Shown in pieces: positions 45,430 to 55,319 of a stretch of DNA of 64,000 nt. The position numbers and the translations under genes were made by a program. How positions within the stretch are numbered: the first letter of the stretch is position 1; every line of letters starts with the position of its first letter. The notes under the pieces were generated by a model. It saw nothing but the letters and a program-made list of their open reading frames with translations, was not told the DNA's origin and searched no databases. Origin of the DNA: a virus. The stretch spans positions 32,001 through 96,000 of IMG/VR virus record IMGVR_UViG_3300010413_000018, one strand, 5' to 3'.

Positions 45430-47819
45430 TCCTCCGCTACTGGTTGACCAGCGCGCGCTCGTTGACTGCGTTCAGCGCGAGCCACTGCTTCTCCAACGCG
45501 CGATCCATCAATATTCAACGTTACAATGGTGGGTTTCTTTTCTATTGCCTTTTTAAGTTCAGCCAAAGCTTTGTCGCTAGTGTTTGCATTTTTCATTAAA
45601 TTAGCGAGCATTGCTGTTGATTCAGTGACTGCTACACTTGGTGTTGGTGCAGTAGTGGATATGGGTGGAGCAATAATATTGCTGGCCGCTTTTCCTGGTG
45701 CTGGTGGTGCGTTTCCAATTTCATTTGGATTAATTAGCGCGGCGCCTACACCACGTTGGGCAGTACGTGGAACTTCTGGTAGAAACGCATTAAACAATTT
45801 ACCGAACGTGCTCTCACTAATTTTTTCACCTATTTTGACTAGCCAATCCCACACTTCTTTTAGCACGTCGACAAATTTTGCGGTGCTTTCTTTAGCAATG
45901 ATCATGTACTGCGCAAAGGTGTCTCCGATGAATGATCCTATTTTTACTAACCACCCAAAAAACTCAATAAGTCCAGTAATTAACATTGCAATTCCGCTAA
46001 AAAAACTAGCGATAACGTATCCTATACCGGCACCTGCTTCGTTGAACCGGTCTGATGGAACTCCAGATATTCCGCCGATGCTAAACCCGAGTTCACTAAA
46101 TGCTTCCATCAATCGACGAATAGCTTCGCCTAGCCCACCGAACACTGGCGAAAACGCTTCCATTGTTTGAGTGAAGCCTTGCTTAATGCCTTCAAAAAAT
46201 CTTTTTATGCGATAAAAGATCATATAGATGGTGATAACAAATTTACGGATACCTTTGTTTTCCGCTTTACTCATTTCTTTACTTATGGCTTCAGAAAACC
46301 CACCTTTACTAAATAAATCTGTTAGGCCATTCCATAATAGCTTTATGCCATCAACAAAACGTTTCCACATATCGCCTAAACCGCCAATATTGTTGCGAAT
46401 CATGTATGCGGCTAGGGCAACTGCTGCGGCAAAGCCGGCCAGGACTAAAGCCACTATTCCGGCTGCATACGCCATGGCTCCTAATACCATTACAAAGGTT
46501 GACATAAACGGTAGCAGAAGGGTTATTCCACCAGCGATAACGAGTGCGGTTCCCAGTACAACTGCTAGCGCTCCGACTGCGAGCACTAATCCTGCAATAA
46601 GCTTTTTAGTACCTTCTGGCAGAGCTTTAAAAAATCTAATTATTTTGTTTAAACCATCGAGCAGTACTGTGACTAATGGCTTTAGAACTTTAGCAAATGA
46701 CTTTCCGAGTAGTACGCGAAAAGTTTTTACACTGCCTGCTAGTAGTACTTTCTGGCCTTCCCACGTTTCCAGAAGTTTGGCCCGAAATTCAGCAGCGGCA
46801 CCAGCTGCTTCTTTCATTTGTTTGCGTAAGTACGCGACGGCGTCTGCTCCTTTATATATTTTACCGGTGGCGTCTCTTATTCCAGTTTCCAGCTGTTTAC
46901 TAATTCCGGCATATGCTGCTATACCAAATCGTCCAAACAACTTTTGTGCTTTTTCTGCTTTTGCTGCAGCGTTTGGTATGCGCTTTTCTAGCTGCTCACT
47001 GGTATCCATCACGATGTCCATGAACGGTCTAAATTCTCCTTTGGCGTCGGTTACTGCTACGCCTATTTCTTTGAATTTTTTGGCATTCTTGGCCATGAAT
47101 ATTAATGCTGATGAAGTTGCGCTCGCGGCTACTGATGCGTCTACACCAGTGTTTTTAATAAGTCCTATGGAAGGCAGCATTTCGTCAATGGACTGCTTTG
47201 CTAAAACAGCACCGCGCGCTACCGTACCAAGAGCTAATTGTAAGTCGCCGGCTTGAAGCGCAGTTGCGTTTGAAATACGCAGTAATTTGTCCGTTGTGAT
47301 GGTCGCTTGATCTGCTTCTAGCCCAAAGATGCGTAGCGCTGAGGCGGTAGTTTGCGCTGCTTGCGCAACAGAAATTTGTCCGCCAGCCGCTAAGTCTAAC
47401 GCAGGAACAAGGGTTTTAATTTGCTGTGCAGTATTAAAACCCATTGTACCGAGTACGGTTAAACCTTCAGCAGCTTGAGTAGGATCAAACTGTGTGGCAA
47501 TACCTGCATCAATTGCAGCATTTTCCAGTAACTTCATTTCTGCAGCGGTCGCGCGCGATATAGCTCCAGCCTTCGCTAATTGCTGCTCAAAAGCTCCTGC
47601 TTCGTTGGCTAGGTTTAGCGCGCCACTTAACGTTGCCATGCCTGCACCGGCCGTAATTGCGCCAGTAGCGAGCATTACGAACCCACTTCCTACAGTCTTG
47701 GCTAGCTTTTTCGAATCGCCTTCAACTAAGCCAAATTGGCGGCGAATATTTTTCATGACGGGCGTAACTTGATCGCGCCCTTGGAAAACCATACCTAGTC
47801 CGAAGTTGTTTAAAGGCAT
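45426..47819 (-). CDS. Tail tape measure protein (TP901-like core)
   Basis: FEQQLAKAGAIS, TQFDPTQAAEGL..L...GF, ALDLAAGG; Ala/Gly-rich helices and hydrophobic stretch. Confidence 0.92.
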   Translation of the reverse strand: MPLNNFGLGMVFQGRDQVTPVMKNIRRQFGLVEGDSKKLAKTVGSGFVMLATGAITAGAGMATLSGALNLANEAGAFEQQLAKAGAISRATAAEMKLLENAAIDAGIATQFDPTQAAEGLTVLGTMGFNTAQQIKTLVPALDLAAGGQISVAQAAQTTASALRIFGLEADQATITTDKLLRISNATALQAGDLQLALGTVARGAVLAKQSIDEMLPSIGLIKNTGVDASVAASATSSALIFMAKNAKKFKEIGVAVTDAKGEFRPFMDIVMDTSEQLEKRIPNAAAKAEKAQKLFGRFGIAAYAGISKQLETGIRDATGKIYKGADAVAYLRKQMKEAAGAAAEFRAKLLETWEGQKVLLAGSVKTFRVLLGKSFAKVLKPLVTVLLDGLNKIIRFFKALPEGTKKLIAGLVLAVGALAVVLGTALVIAGGITLLLPFMSTFVMVLGAMAYAAGIVALVLAGFAAAVALAAYMIRNNIGGLGDMWKRFVDGIKLLWNGLTDLFSKGGFSEAISKEMSKAENKGIRKFVITIYMIFYRIKRFFEGIKQGFTQTMEAFSPVFGGLGEAIRRLMEAFSELGFSIGGISGVPSDRFNEAGAGIGYVIASFFSGIAMLITGLIEFFGWLVKIGSFIGDTFAQYMIIAKESTAKFVDVLKEVWDWLVKIGEKISESTFGKLFNAFLPEVPRTAQRGVGAALINPNEIGNAPPAPGKAASNIIAPPISTTAPTPSVAVTESTAMLANLMKNANTSDKALAELKKAIEKKPTIVTLNIDGSRVGEAVARAERSQRARAGQPVAEE

Positions 47820-47829
47820 ACTCTTTATT

Positions 47830-48126
47830 CTACTTCTTTTTTGTTGCTCGTGCGATCTCTGCTGCTTCGCGTCGGCGAGTATCGCCTAAACGTTCCGCCA
47901 AGCCGTCGATGTCGTTTAGATCTAAATTTAGCACTTCGGAGTAGGTTATGTTAAGGCCAGAACCTCCGTGTTGATGATAAATCAAATTAAAAATTATGTC
48001 GAGTTCTACGTCTTTATCGATAAATGGCACAAGGCCAAAAATAAAGTCGTACGGATTACTGCCAGCGTCGCTGTTTAAGAGTTCTTCGAGTGACGCCGAG
48101 GTAGAAAGAACTCCGCTCCGAAAGGG
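47830..48126 (-). CDS. Tail assembly chaperone frameshift extension (gpT-like)
   Basis: The -1 frame relative to 48075-48818 is open from the slippery site through the annotated 66-aa ORF. Confidence 0.65.
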   Translation of the reverse strand, partial: PFRSGVLSTSASLEELLNSDAGSNPYDFIFGLVPFIDKDVELDIIFNLIYHQHGGSGLNITYSEVLNLDLNDIDGLAERLGDTRRREAAEIARATKKK

Positions 48127-48818
48127 AGGTCTACCTCAAACGTATTCCCACAATGTGTGCACTCAATCTCAATAGTGGTTTCTAGACCACCATCTTGTTC
48201 GTCAAACGCATCGAGCATGTCGCGGTACTTACTGAGTTCCAGTTCTTCGAGCCAAGCGCGTTTACGATTGGTGTCGATTCCTTCTATTTCAACAATGCGT
48301 AAGCTCAGCAGATCAAGCAAACGCTGTTCCTGTCCGCGTAAAAACTTTGCGGCTTTCCGTTCGTCTTTTCCAGTGGTCAGGCGGTAGCTTATTGTTTTAC
48401 CGTCGATTTCAGCGGTTACGGGAGCGCCTGCTTTAAACTTGACTAAACTGTCTTCTGGTACTGGTTTAACGGGTAGGTCGTCAAAATCAATTTCCCAGCT
48501 AAAAGTTTCTTCACACGCTCGATTCGGGCAGGTTACTTTGAAACTGTATGGGTCGTTTGGATAAGTGGCTTGGCGTATTTGAATTAAAATATACAGGCGA
48601 TCGGCCACCAGTACGTCGAGCCAGTTTGGGTTGCCTCTATCGTTCAGTTCATACGGTCCAGCATCGTCTGTTTGCAGCCAACACGCGTTCAAAAGGTTGT
48701 CGAACAGTTCGCCTGTTTTGGCTGCTTTTCTGTTGCCCAACAGATTCATTTCACGACCTTTTAAACCTCTAACGCGTCCAGATAAACCTGACGGACAAGT
48801 TATTGATTTTTCTGGCAT
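48075..48818 (-). CDS. Tail assembly chaperone / T4 gp26-like hub assembly protein
   Basis: Between tube and tape measure; DRLYILIQIRQATY, CPNRAC, CTHCG, PFGAEFF. Confidence 0.75.
   Translation of the reverse strand: MPEKSITCPSGLSGRVRGLKGREMNLLGNRKAAKTGELFDNLLNACWLQTDDAGPYELNDRGNPNWLDVLVADRLYILIQIRQATYPNDPYSFKVTCPNRACEETFSWEIDFDDLPVKPVPEDSLVKFKAGAPVTAEIDGKTISYRLTTGKDERKAAKFLRGQEQRLLDLLSLRIVEIEGIDTNRKRAWLEELELSKYRDMLDAFDEQDGGLETTIEIECTHCGNTFEVDLPFGAEFFLPRRHSKNS
48120..48126 (-). other. Candidate -1 ribosomal frameshift heptamer C CCT TTC
   Basis: X XXY YYZ in the correct phase (CTC CCT TTC), 14 codons before the chaperone stop. Confidence 0.65.
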
Positions 48819-48839
48819 AATGTCCTTCCTAACGCTAAT

Positions 48840-48861
48840 GCGGCACCACTAAGGGTGCCGC
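48840..48861 (-). terminator. GC-rich hairpin after the tail tube gene
   Basis: GCGGCACC-actaag-GGTGCCGC 8-bp stem; no strong U-tract. Confidence 0.5.
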
Positions 48862-48887
48862 TTGTGGTTTCTTGAAGCGTATCGCGA

Positions 48888-49349
48888 TTACTGAACTAGG
48901 TCAAAGTAATCGTAAGTGAGAGTCACTGACTCGATATTGTTTTCGTCAGCTTCGTTGTCCCAATCGCCGCCAGTAAACTTTACCGGCCAAGCGTTGGTAA
49001 TTCGCCAACGGCGCAGTTCCGATCCGTCACGATCTTGCTGCACAATATCGAGAGTGCGCTTGTAGTCGTCGTCGATCAAGCCAGCGTTAGCTGCCGCATC
49101 AGCGACTTGCTTTACCCAATCCCAAAAGTCGCGGTCATTTGTAGCACCGCGTTCGAGCGTGACGTCGGTAAACGACACCAAGCCAGGGCTTTTGTTGGGA
49201 ATAAGCACTCCGCCTTCGCGGTGTTCAACTTTGGCTATTTCCACCGACAACTCCGAACACGTCTTGAAAGCCGCGCTGGCTATGCTGTCGATTTCAACAA
49301 CAAACTTAAACCGCTTATGGAATGATCTGGGATTTCCGATTACAGCCAT
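48888..49349 (-). CDS. Tail tube protein (T4 gp19-like)
   Basis: [45 protein letters not shown]. Confidence 0.93.
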   Translation of the reverse strand: MAVIGNPRSFHKRFKFVVEIDSIASAAFKTCSELSVEIAKVEHREGGVLIPNKSPGLVSFTDVTLERGATNDRDFWDWVKQVADAAANAGLIDDDYKRTLDIVQQDRDGSELRRWRITNAWPVKFTGGDWDNEADENNIESVTLTYDYFDLVQ

Positions 49350-49363
49350 TGTTTAGCCTCCGT

Positions 49364-51628
49364 CTAACTGGTACCCGCTGCCAGCTCCTCGTCTAGGGCT
49401 CTGGTATCTTGCGAGAAGGTGAGTACGATAAACTCGGCCGGCTTTTGAGTGGCCAGACCGATTCGAGCGTTTAGTTTGCCAGCAAATACTTCACTGGCAG
49501 GATTGAGCGCTTCGGACACGTCAACATAAAACGCCGTTGCCGGATCCGTAGAACGGAAAGCACCGACTTTCATTTGAGTGACCAAAAACGCGGTTATGGT
49601 TCTTGCTACGGTTGCGCGTAGTACGGCGTCGTTGTTCTTGTTGCGCGCGAACTCAAGGCCGGCTTTTACCGACTGCTCAATAAAAATAACTCCACGTCGT
49701 TCACTAACGCTCGGGAAGTTTCCGCCACCTTTGAGTGTGCGCGCGCCGTCGATCGCTATGGGTTGACCGGAAAGCTTGGTAATCGGGTTGATGCGCTTCG
49801 GAAAAACTAGGTCTCTTCGCGCTTCTTCGATTACTTCGTCCGTTTCCAAGCCAATAACGCCCATCAGGCGTCCTTTTTCATTACTGGGAGGATCGTAAAC
49901 GCCACCCACTCGGTCGCCGTCTGTGCGGGCATAACAGCCTGCAATGTGCCCACTGGGCGGGACGGTGATACTCGCAACGTTTCCGAATACGGTAGTGGAA
50001 GGATTGAGAACTTTCACTTGCGGCCAGTAAATAGCTGCAAACTCGGAAAGGTTCATCAGCGCTGCCGTAGTGTCGACGTACGTTATGATTCCGGAAGCGT
50101 CGAGACCGGCCGGAGGATCAAGCACTGCAAACATCGACATGTCGCGCGTTACCTCGCAGTAGGTAATCATAGCGTTATGCACCGCTGCCGTCGGCCGATC
50201 CGGAATGAACAGCACGCGAAGATCCAACGTGGTGTCAAAGGAACGTATACCGGTTTTACCCGTTTCGTCACCAATGAAATCGTTGTCATCGATGCTGGTC
50301 AGCCCGTCGTCACCGCCAGTCAACGGACCGTATGCCACCGGAGTAGCGCCAGGGCTATTTGCCGGTCGCGCCGCAGAGGCGTCAGTAGGATCAACGTCAA
50401 GGTCAACGACGGCTATATACTTGCTGCCGTTGTCTTCATCGTTGATTATAGTTTCGGCGTAGTCGTCATCGTTCGGATCCATGGTCAGATTGGGATAGCG
50501 CTCAACAATAACGCCACCGAACAACACGACCAGATTGAAGCGTGCTGCTTCGCCGGAAGTGGCCGCGCTTATTAGAATAGTGATGCTGTTTCCGTACGTA
50601 CCGTCGTACTTACCATTTACGGTCAGTGTGTCGACGGCTGCTCCGGAAGATCCGGTATGCACCGCGTTATCCAACCCAAGCTCATCATCGAGGGTTGAAG
50701 TGGCTTCGACTTGGATCGTACTGGTGGGTCCAGGTACGTTTCCGTCCGCAGCAACTTGAACTGCTCCGCCTACGTTAGTGACGACTACGTCAGTTACGTC
50801 AGCTTCTATAACAGTTTTTAGTTCCGCTACAGTTACGGCGTCGATGTCACCTACATCACCGGTTCCTTGCACCTCAGTGGTGGAAAAACCGAGCGCGGTA
50901 TTGGCTGTTCCGCCAGTAACCTGCACGTACGAATCAGTGCCTTGAACATCGCTGTTAATGCGCGGGTCACCAGCATTTAGATCGGCGTAACCACCGCTCA
51001 TCTTTGCATTAATCACTGCGATTACTTCCGCACCAGTCGCTGCCGCTATGTTAGCGAATTCAGACGTCAAGAACGTAATGGTTTGTTCTGATCCTTGGTC
51101 GATTTTAATCAACAAGGTTTGCCCATCGGACAACGCATAAGTCGGAGAGTTACTGGCCGTTAGTGTCGCGCGCGCGGCGTCTACCGTGGCCGTGTCCGTC
51201 GCTCCGCCGTCTACGCTAAAGTCTAGCGTTCCGCCTGGATTAAGCGCAAAAGGCTCGGTCGCAGTGCCAAGCACAATCCCAGCAGAAGCGGAAGCTACCG
51301 CTGTTTCCAGATTAAGCGTTGCCGCTACACTGGTCTTGGTGGCCGGAGTTGATACATCAGTGTAGTGAACGGTACGCGTAAAATACAGCACTTGCCCACC
51401 GTTTTCGAAAAAACCACGTACTGCTTGTGCCGCGTATCCATCCGCTATGTCACCGCCGAATACGTTCCTCCACTGAGCGAACGAAGTGCAAAGTGTCGCG
51501 GTTCCGATCGGTCCTTTTTCGGTAATACCAACGCACGCTGCCGTAGCGGTTTGAACGCCAGTTATTGTACGAATCTGAGGTTCTTCCTCTTGTACAACGA
51601 TTTTACTTGCTAAAAGTTCTGCACTCAT
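49364..51628 (-). CDS. Contractile tail sheath protein with inserted surface domains
   Basis: VGITEKGP, GFFENGG, AAIYWP, VPPSGHIAG, RINPI, GARTL, PAEFIV. Confidence 0.93.
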   Translation of the reverse strand: MSAELLASKIVVQEEEPQIRTITGVQTATAACVGITEKGPIGTATLCTSFAQWRNVFGGDIADGYAAQAVRGFFENGGQVLYFTRTVHYTDVSTPATKTSVAATLNLETAVASASAGIVLGTATEPFALNPGGTLDFSVDGGATDTATVDAARATLTASNSPTYALSDGQTLLIKIDQGSEQTITFLTSEFANIAAATGAEVIAVINAKMSGGYADLNAGDPRINSDVQGTDSYVQVTGGTANTALGFSTTEVQGTGDVGDIDAVTVAELKTVIEADVTDVVVTNVGGAVQVAADGNVPGPTSTIQVEATSTLDDELGLDNAVHTGSSGAAVDTLTVNGKYDGTYGNSITILISAATSGEAARFNLVVLFGGVIVERYPNLTMDPNDDDYAETIINDEDNGSKYIAVVDLDVDPTDASAARPANSPGATPVAYGPLTGGDDGLTSIDDNDFIGDETGKTGIRSFDTTLDLRVLFIPDRPTAAVHNAMITYCEVTRDMSMFAVLDPPAGLDASGIITYVDTTAALMNLSEFAAIYWPQVKVLNPSTTVFGNVASITVPPSGHIAGCYARTDGDRVGGVYDPPSNEKGRLMGVIGLETDEVIEEARRDLVFPKRINPITKLSGQPIAIDGARTLKGGGNFPSVSERRGVIFIEQSVKAGLEFARNKNNDAVLRATVARTITAFLVTQMKVGAFRSTDPATAFYVDVSEALNPASEVFAGKLNARIGLATQKPAEFIVLTFSQDTRALDEELAAGTS

Positions 51629-52023
51629 TCTTCTTTACCTCCGTCGTCGTCGGGAGTCGGGTTAGACGCTTCAGCTTGTAGTGCTTGCGCACGTTGCATT
51701 TTGCGAGTTCGCGGTGACCGCATTGTTGGGATTGCAATTTTTTCTTCTTGGCGAGTGACTGTAATCCTACCAGATTTCACCAAGTTTTTAATCTGGAGGC
51801 ATCCTTCTATTTCAAGAGGAAGATCGCGCAGTATTCCACGTGCCGGTATTGTTAGCGATCCAGGAATCTTTCTTTGCACGAAACTTTGCTGTTTATTTCC
51901 ATCGCGCTGGTCGGTGGTTTTTACCATTCTCTTTACCTGATAACCCCAGCGTTTCTTCCAGAACGCTGGATGATTCAGAATAAGAACGATTGCCCGTGCG
52001 GTCTTATTACAAATTGTTATCAT
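51625..52023 (-). CDS. Hypothetical protein preceding the sheath
   Basis: 132-aa basic ORF; ATGA overlap. Confidence 0.6.
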   Translation of the reverse strand: MITICNKTARAIVLILNHPAFWKKRWGYQVKRMVKTTDQRDGNKQQSFVQRKIPGSLTIPARGILRDLPLEIEGCLQIKNLVKSGRITVTRQEEKIAIPTMRSPRTRKMQRAQALQAEASNPTPDDDGGKEE

Positions 52024-53054
52024 TAAATTCCTCCACTACCTTTTGGACTTGGTCCTGTCTTGTATGATGCGCCGAGTTGGTAGGAAGTCAAACGTACTCC
52101 TTCGTCGTTAGTGGACGCGGTTTTCCCAATTACTTGATCATCAGGGAAACCGGTTAGATCTTGCATGTCGAATCCTCGTATTACAAATCTACCACTAAAA
52201 GCCCTAATGTTCGAATCGTTTGGTGTTTCAATGGCTTTTAAATCACCGTCCGGCATCAGGTCTATCTCATACTGTACCGTACCTTTTGACGAATCAGAAG
52301 GATCTCTTGCGAATTCAATGTATTTGTTGCGTTCAAAATAGCTGTATACTGCTGCCATTAAATTCAACAATTCCATCTTCAAGTCGGATACGCCAACAAT
52401 TCCAAATTCCATGTCTACAGTGTAACCTACTCTGCGCTTCAAGTATTCTCCTGCAGCCAGGCCTGCTTCGATTGGCGGTTGATTCTGTGAATAAAATCTA
52501 TTCTCAACCAAATCTGGACCGATTAGTGCTATTCCTGGAAGTTCGGCCAATTCTGTAATGTTTAACAGATCTCCGGTGTCGCCGTCAAATTCTGTGTGAG
52601 TGGATACTGAAACATTTGGAATTGTTTGTAGTTTGAATTCGTGAATTATGGCGCGAATTATTCTTGCGAAATCGCTTTGAGTAGCTAGCTGAGCACGGGA
52701 ATAAGTTAGTCCGTCTGATAGAATTACTTCTTCCCCAACAATTGGATCGCCATTATCGTCGAGGTTTCGTAAGGTTACATCTACTGTGCCTTCACCATAG
52801 TTGTTGGCTTTATCCACGGTTATTGGTGACTTTGGCACAAGCACAAATAATCTGGTTGCGCTGACTACCGCGACTTCTGTTCCGTATGAAGTGCCAAATA
52901 AAATTTCAACAGTAGGGATAGGATCGGCAGCGGGTTCTGAAGTGGCAGGTGGAAGTGTTGGAACTTTAAAATTAGTTCCAGTAATTTCAATTAAAGTTTT
53001 ACCTCCAGTAGGCACGCTGGGAGGAGAAACGTCAGTGATAGTAGGTACTGCCAT
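52023..53054 (-). CDS. Tail terminator/completion protein with N-terminal IPT/TIG domain
   Basis: PTITDVSPPSVPTGGKTLIEITGTNF (IPT); position between neck and sheath genes. Confidence 0.6.
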   Translation of the reverse strand: MAVPTITDVSPPSVPTGGKTLIEITGTNFKVPTLPPATSEPAADPIPTVEILFGTSYGTEVAVVSATRLFVLVPKSPITVDKANNYGEGTVDVTLRNLDDNGDPIVGEEVILSDGLTYSRAQLATQSDFARIIRAIIHEFKLQTIPNVSVSTHTEFDGDTGDLLNITELAELPGIALIGPDLVENRFYSQNQPPIEAGLAAGEYLKRRVGYTVDMEFGIVGVSDLKMELLNLMAAVYSYFERNKYIEFARDPSDSSKGTVQYEIDLMPDGDLKAIETPNDSNIRAFSGRFVIRGFDMQDLTGFPDDQVIGKTASTNDEGVRLTSYQLGASYKTGPSPKGSGGI

Positions 53055-53059
53055 AGCTT

Positions 53060-53069
53060 GATTATACCA
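53060..53069 (-). promoter_or_regulatory. Extended -10 element TGGTATAAT, 6 nt before the ATG (possible leaderless transcript)
   Basis: Minus strand ...cgtaTGGTATAATcaagctATG; no SD. Confidence 0.45.
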
Positions 53070-53074
53070 TACGA

Positions 53075-53719
53075 TTAAAATAACCCGACAGTTCCTTTTG
53101 AAATTTTGGCAATCCGTATTTTCATGTTTGCCAGTACGCGTTTACGGGTCATCTTGGCGTACACTGGTGCAATAAATGGACGTGCTGGAATTTGAATAAC
53201 CATAACACCGCGCGCTAAGCCTCCCCCAGTTTTACGGCGCTTTCCCCCTTTTACCGTTGCGTTAAGTCCACCGCGCCGCATCATGGCGTAAAAATACTTT
53301 CGCATTTTTTCTGTGACTTTAATGACCACAACGCGCCCTTCTTCGTGCACGCGCGCGATGTTGACTAAATCTTTTCCGTCGCTAGTCCGCGTTCCTCGCA
53401 GCACGCCAATAAAAATCTGATGCGAGCGTTCAACCAAGGCAATGTTTCGCCGTAAAGTAGCGGTACGAATTAACGCTTTACGGCCGGCGAAGCCTTCCGC
53501 GCGGCGTTTAGCGCGCGTCAATGGCGACAGTTTTTTAAAACGCTTGCCTCCTGGTGCTTGTTTCGTAATTCCCTGCACTACTTGCTTGTGCCAAAAGCGC
53601 GCTTCTTGAAGTAAAGCGCGGCGCCAAACCATATCAATTTTCTTTTGTCCGGCTGGTCCTAATGCATGACGAGCGCGCGCCCAGTCGCCAAATGGCTTAA
53701 TGATTATTCCACTGCTCAT
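53075..53719 (-). CDS. Virion morphogenesis / tail completion protein (gpS-like)
   Basis: KKLSPLT...KALIRTATLRRNI...ARVHEEG...IPARPF. Confidence 0.8.
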   Translation of the reverse strand: MSSGIIIKPFGDWARARHALGPAGQKKIDMVWRRALLQEARFWHKQVVQGITKQAPGGKRFKKLSPLTRAKRRAEGFAGRKALIRTATLRRNIALVERSHQIFIGVLRGTRTSDGKDLVNIARVHEEGRVVVIKVTEKMRKYFYAMMRRGGLNATVKGGKRRKTGGGLARGVMVIQIPARPFIAPVYAKMTRKRVLANMKIRIAKISKGTVGLF

Positions 53720-54231
53720 CCAGCACCGCGTACGCCAAGATCACGCGTTTCAAACGTAACCAGTAAAAGATTTCTTTGGAGGCTTGAAAGCCCAAAGCCG
53801 CGCGACTGTACTTGCGTCACGAACAACCCTGGAGGGTTGGGAATCTGCTCGATAAGTTCTTCGGTGAGATCGTGTTTAATGGCGTCTAGCCGATCGTTTA
53901 CCCGTATCAGCGGTCTACCAGTAGCTGCTTCTACTAAGCCGGCATCTTCAAGATCGCGGTAGTGCATAATAACAGTAATTTGTGACGAAGGAGATCGTCC
54001 GTTCACCATCATTTCCAATTCTTCAAAAGTGCCTGGTTCTATTTGTGCTCTGCAGGTCACGATACTTTCTGATCGACTAATCGTACCGCGCCCCGAACCA
54101 CTAGCTGGAGGCACCATTATCGGCTCACGAAAATCTTCGTCGTAACCGCCGTCTGTAATAACCGCAGTCGCGTCAGTATCGAGCTGGGCTATATCCAACT
54201 TGAAAGGAAATATTAAACGCCCACGAGCCAT
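53716..54231 (-). CDS. Putative head-closure (stopper) protein
   Basis: GYDEDFREP; beta-rich; position after the adaptor. Confidence 0.5.
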   Translation of the reverse strand: MARGRLIFPFKLDIAQLDTDATAVITDGGYDEDFREPIMVPPASGSGRGTISRSESIVTCRAQIEPGTFEELEMMVNGRSPSSQITVIMHYRDLEDAGLVEAATGRPLIRVNDRLDAIKHDLTEELIEQIPNPPGLFVTQVQSRGFGLSSLQRNLLLVTFETRDLGVRGAG

Positions 54232-55304
54232 TACACTGACCTCAATCTAACGGGTGCGGAATACATTAGAAGAATGTTATCGATACGCGGATCGCCGGTA
54301 AACGGGCCAACGCCTTGGCGTCCTAACGACACCGGATTCACAAAAGAAATGGATTGGTCACGGGTCTTTTGCGATGTTATTCTCCACCATGCTCCGGTGC
54401 GCTCATCAGTTGGGTCAGCAGTGTAAAGTGAGGGTAGTTCTCGCATTGCCATCATTTTAGCCGCATGCTGAATGGCAAGTGGCGTCATACCGGTGGCAGA
54501 ACCGTCGTAGTCAGTGTATCCAAATACACCTTCAACCGTGACGTTTAATTGTCCGCGCGGAAACCAAGTCAGCCCAAACTTAAACAGCAGGTCGTCATCA
54601 AACGGCTGACTTATTTCAAGGCGTGGGTTTTCGCGATCGTCCGGATTTGTTAGGCCTTGTGTAATGTGCCGATTATAAACGATTATTTCACTGGTTGAAT
54701 ACGATACACCATCAAGTTGCACATCAGTTATTGATATAATAGGTTGTTCCAGAAGGATAGCTGGAGTGCCGGATCCGTCTAAGTTGAAGGTTAAGGTTCG
54801 TGGTTCGAACCATCTTCCGGTGTACCGCTCGATATCTTTTGAGACGCGTTGAATAATCGTTTCGAGGTATGAGTCTGAGTATGAAGTTGGCACACCCTCG
54901 TCACGGAGATCTTGTACCGTACAGTACATGGTTTCTGTGCCTGGTGACCCGGTCGATTCGACAAGAACTTCAAAATCTTCCTCGCCAGTTTGATACGACG
55001 ACGTCGATTGATACTTCCATCTCCAATAGATGCGGTAAGTTCCGAGGTCAGCTGAAACGTCTGGCGTCCATCCTTGTCCTTCAGTGTTGTCGTAGGCATA
55101 GTAGGAACCCTCCGCGAAGCGTCCAGGAGCGCTTGTGACGTCTTCCCATCCAGTTACCGGAAATACCTGAGTGCCTGGTAAGCCTCCCTCGATATTGAAG
55201 ATTTGGAACTCCACCAGATACATGTCGGTTTTAACATTGTTGATGCTGATGAACCAATTTATGTTATCGGTAGTGTTTTCTTGTCCGCGCGGTATGGATG
55301 GCAT
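54231..55304 (-). CDS. Head-tail adaptor protein with N-terminal Ig-like domain
   Basis: YCTVQDLR...IERYTGRWF...FPRGQLNVTVEGVFGY...P.AIQHA. Confidence 0.7.
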   Translation of the reverse strand: MPSIPRGQENTTDNINWFISINNVKTDMYLVEFQIFNIEGGLPGTQVFPVTGWEDVTSAPGRFAEGSYYAYDNTEGQGWTPDVSADLGTYRIYWRWKYQSTSSYQTGEEDFEVLVESTGSPGTETMYCTVQDLRDEGVPTSYSDSYLETIIQRVSKDIERYTGRWFEPRTLTFNLDGSGTPAILLEQPIISITDVQLDGVSYSTSEIIVYNRHITQGLTNPDDRENPRLEISQPFDDDLLFKFGLTWFPRGQLNVTVEGVFGYTDYDGSATGMTPLAIQHAAKMMAMRELPSLYTADPTDERTGAWWRITSQKTRDQSISFVNPVSLGRQGVGPFTGDPRIDNILLMYSAPVRLRSV

Positions 55305-55319
55305 AGTGAACCCTTTCTG

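Noticed and set aside
45526-47772. Long plus-strand ORFs (214, 342 and 92 aa) opposite the tape measure gene
   Set aside because: Antisense shadows of an Ala/Gly-rich gene; no RBS or motifs
32869-53054. Extracellular contractile injection system or tailocin instead of a phage
   Set aside because: The tail genes are CIS-like, but head-tail adaptor/neck genes and a complete replisome are on the same contig
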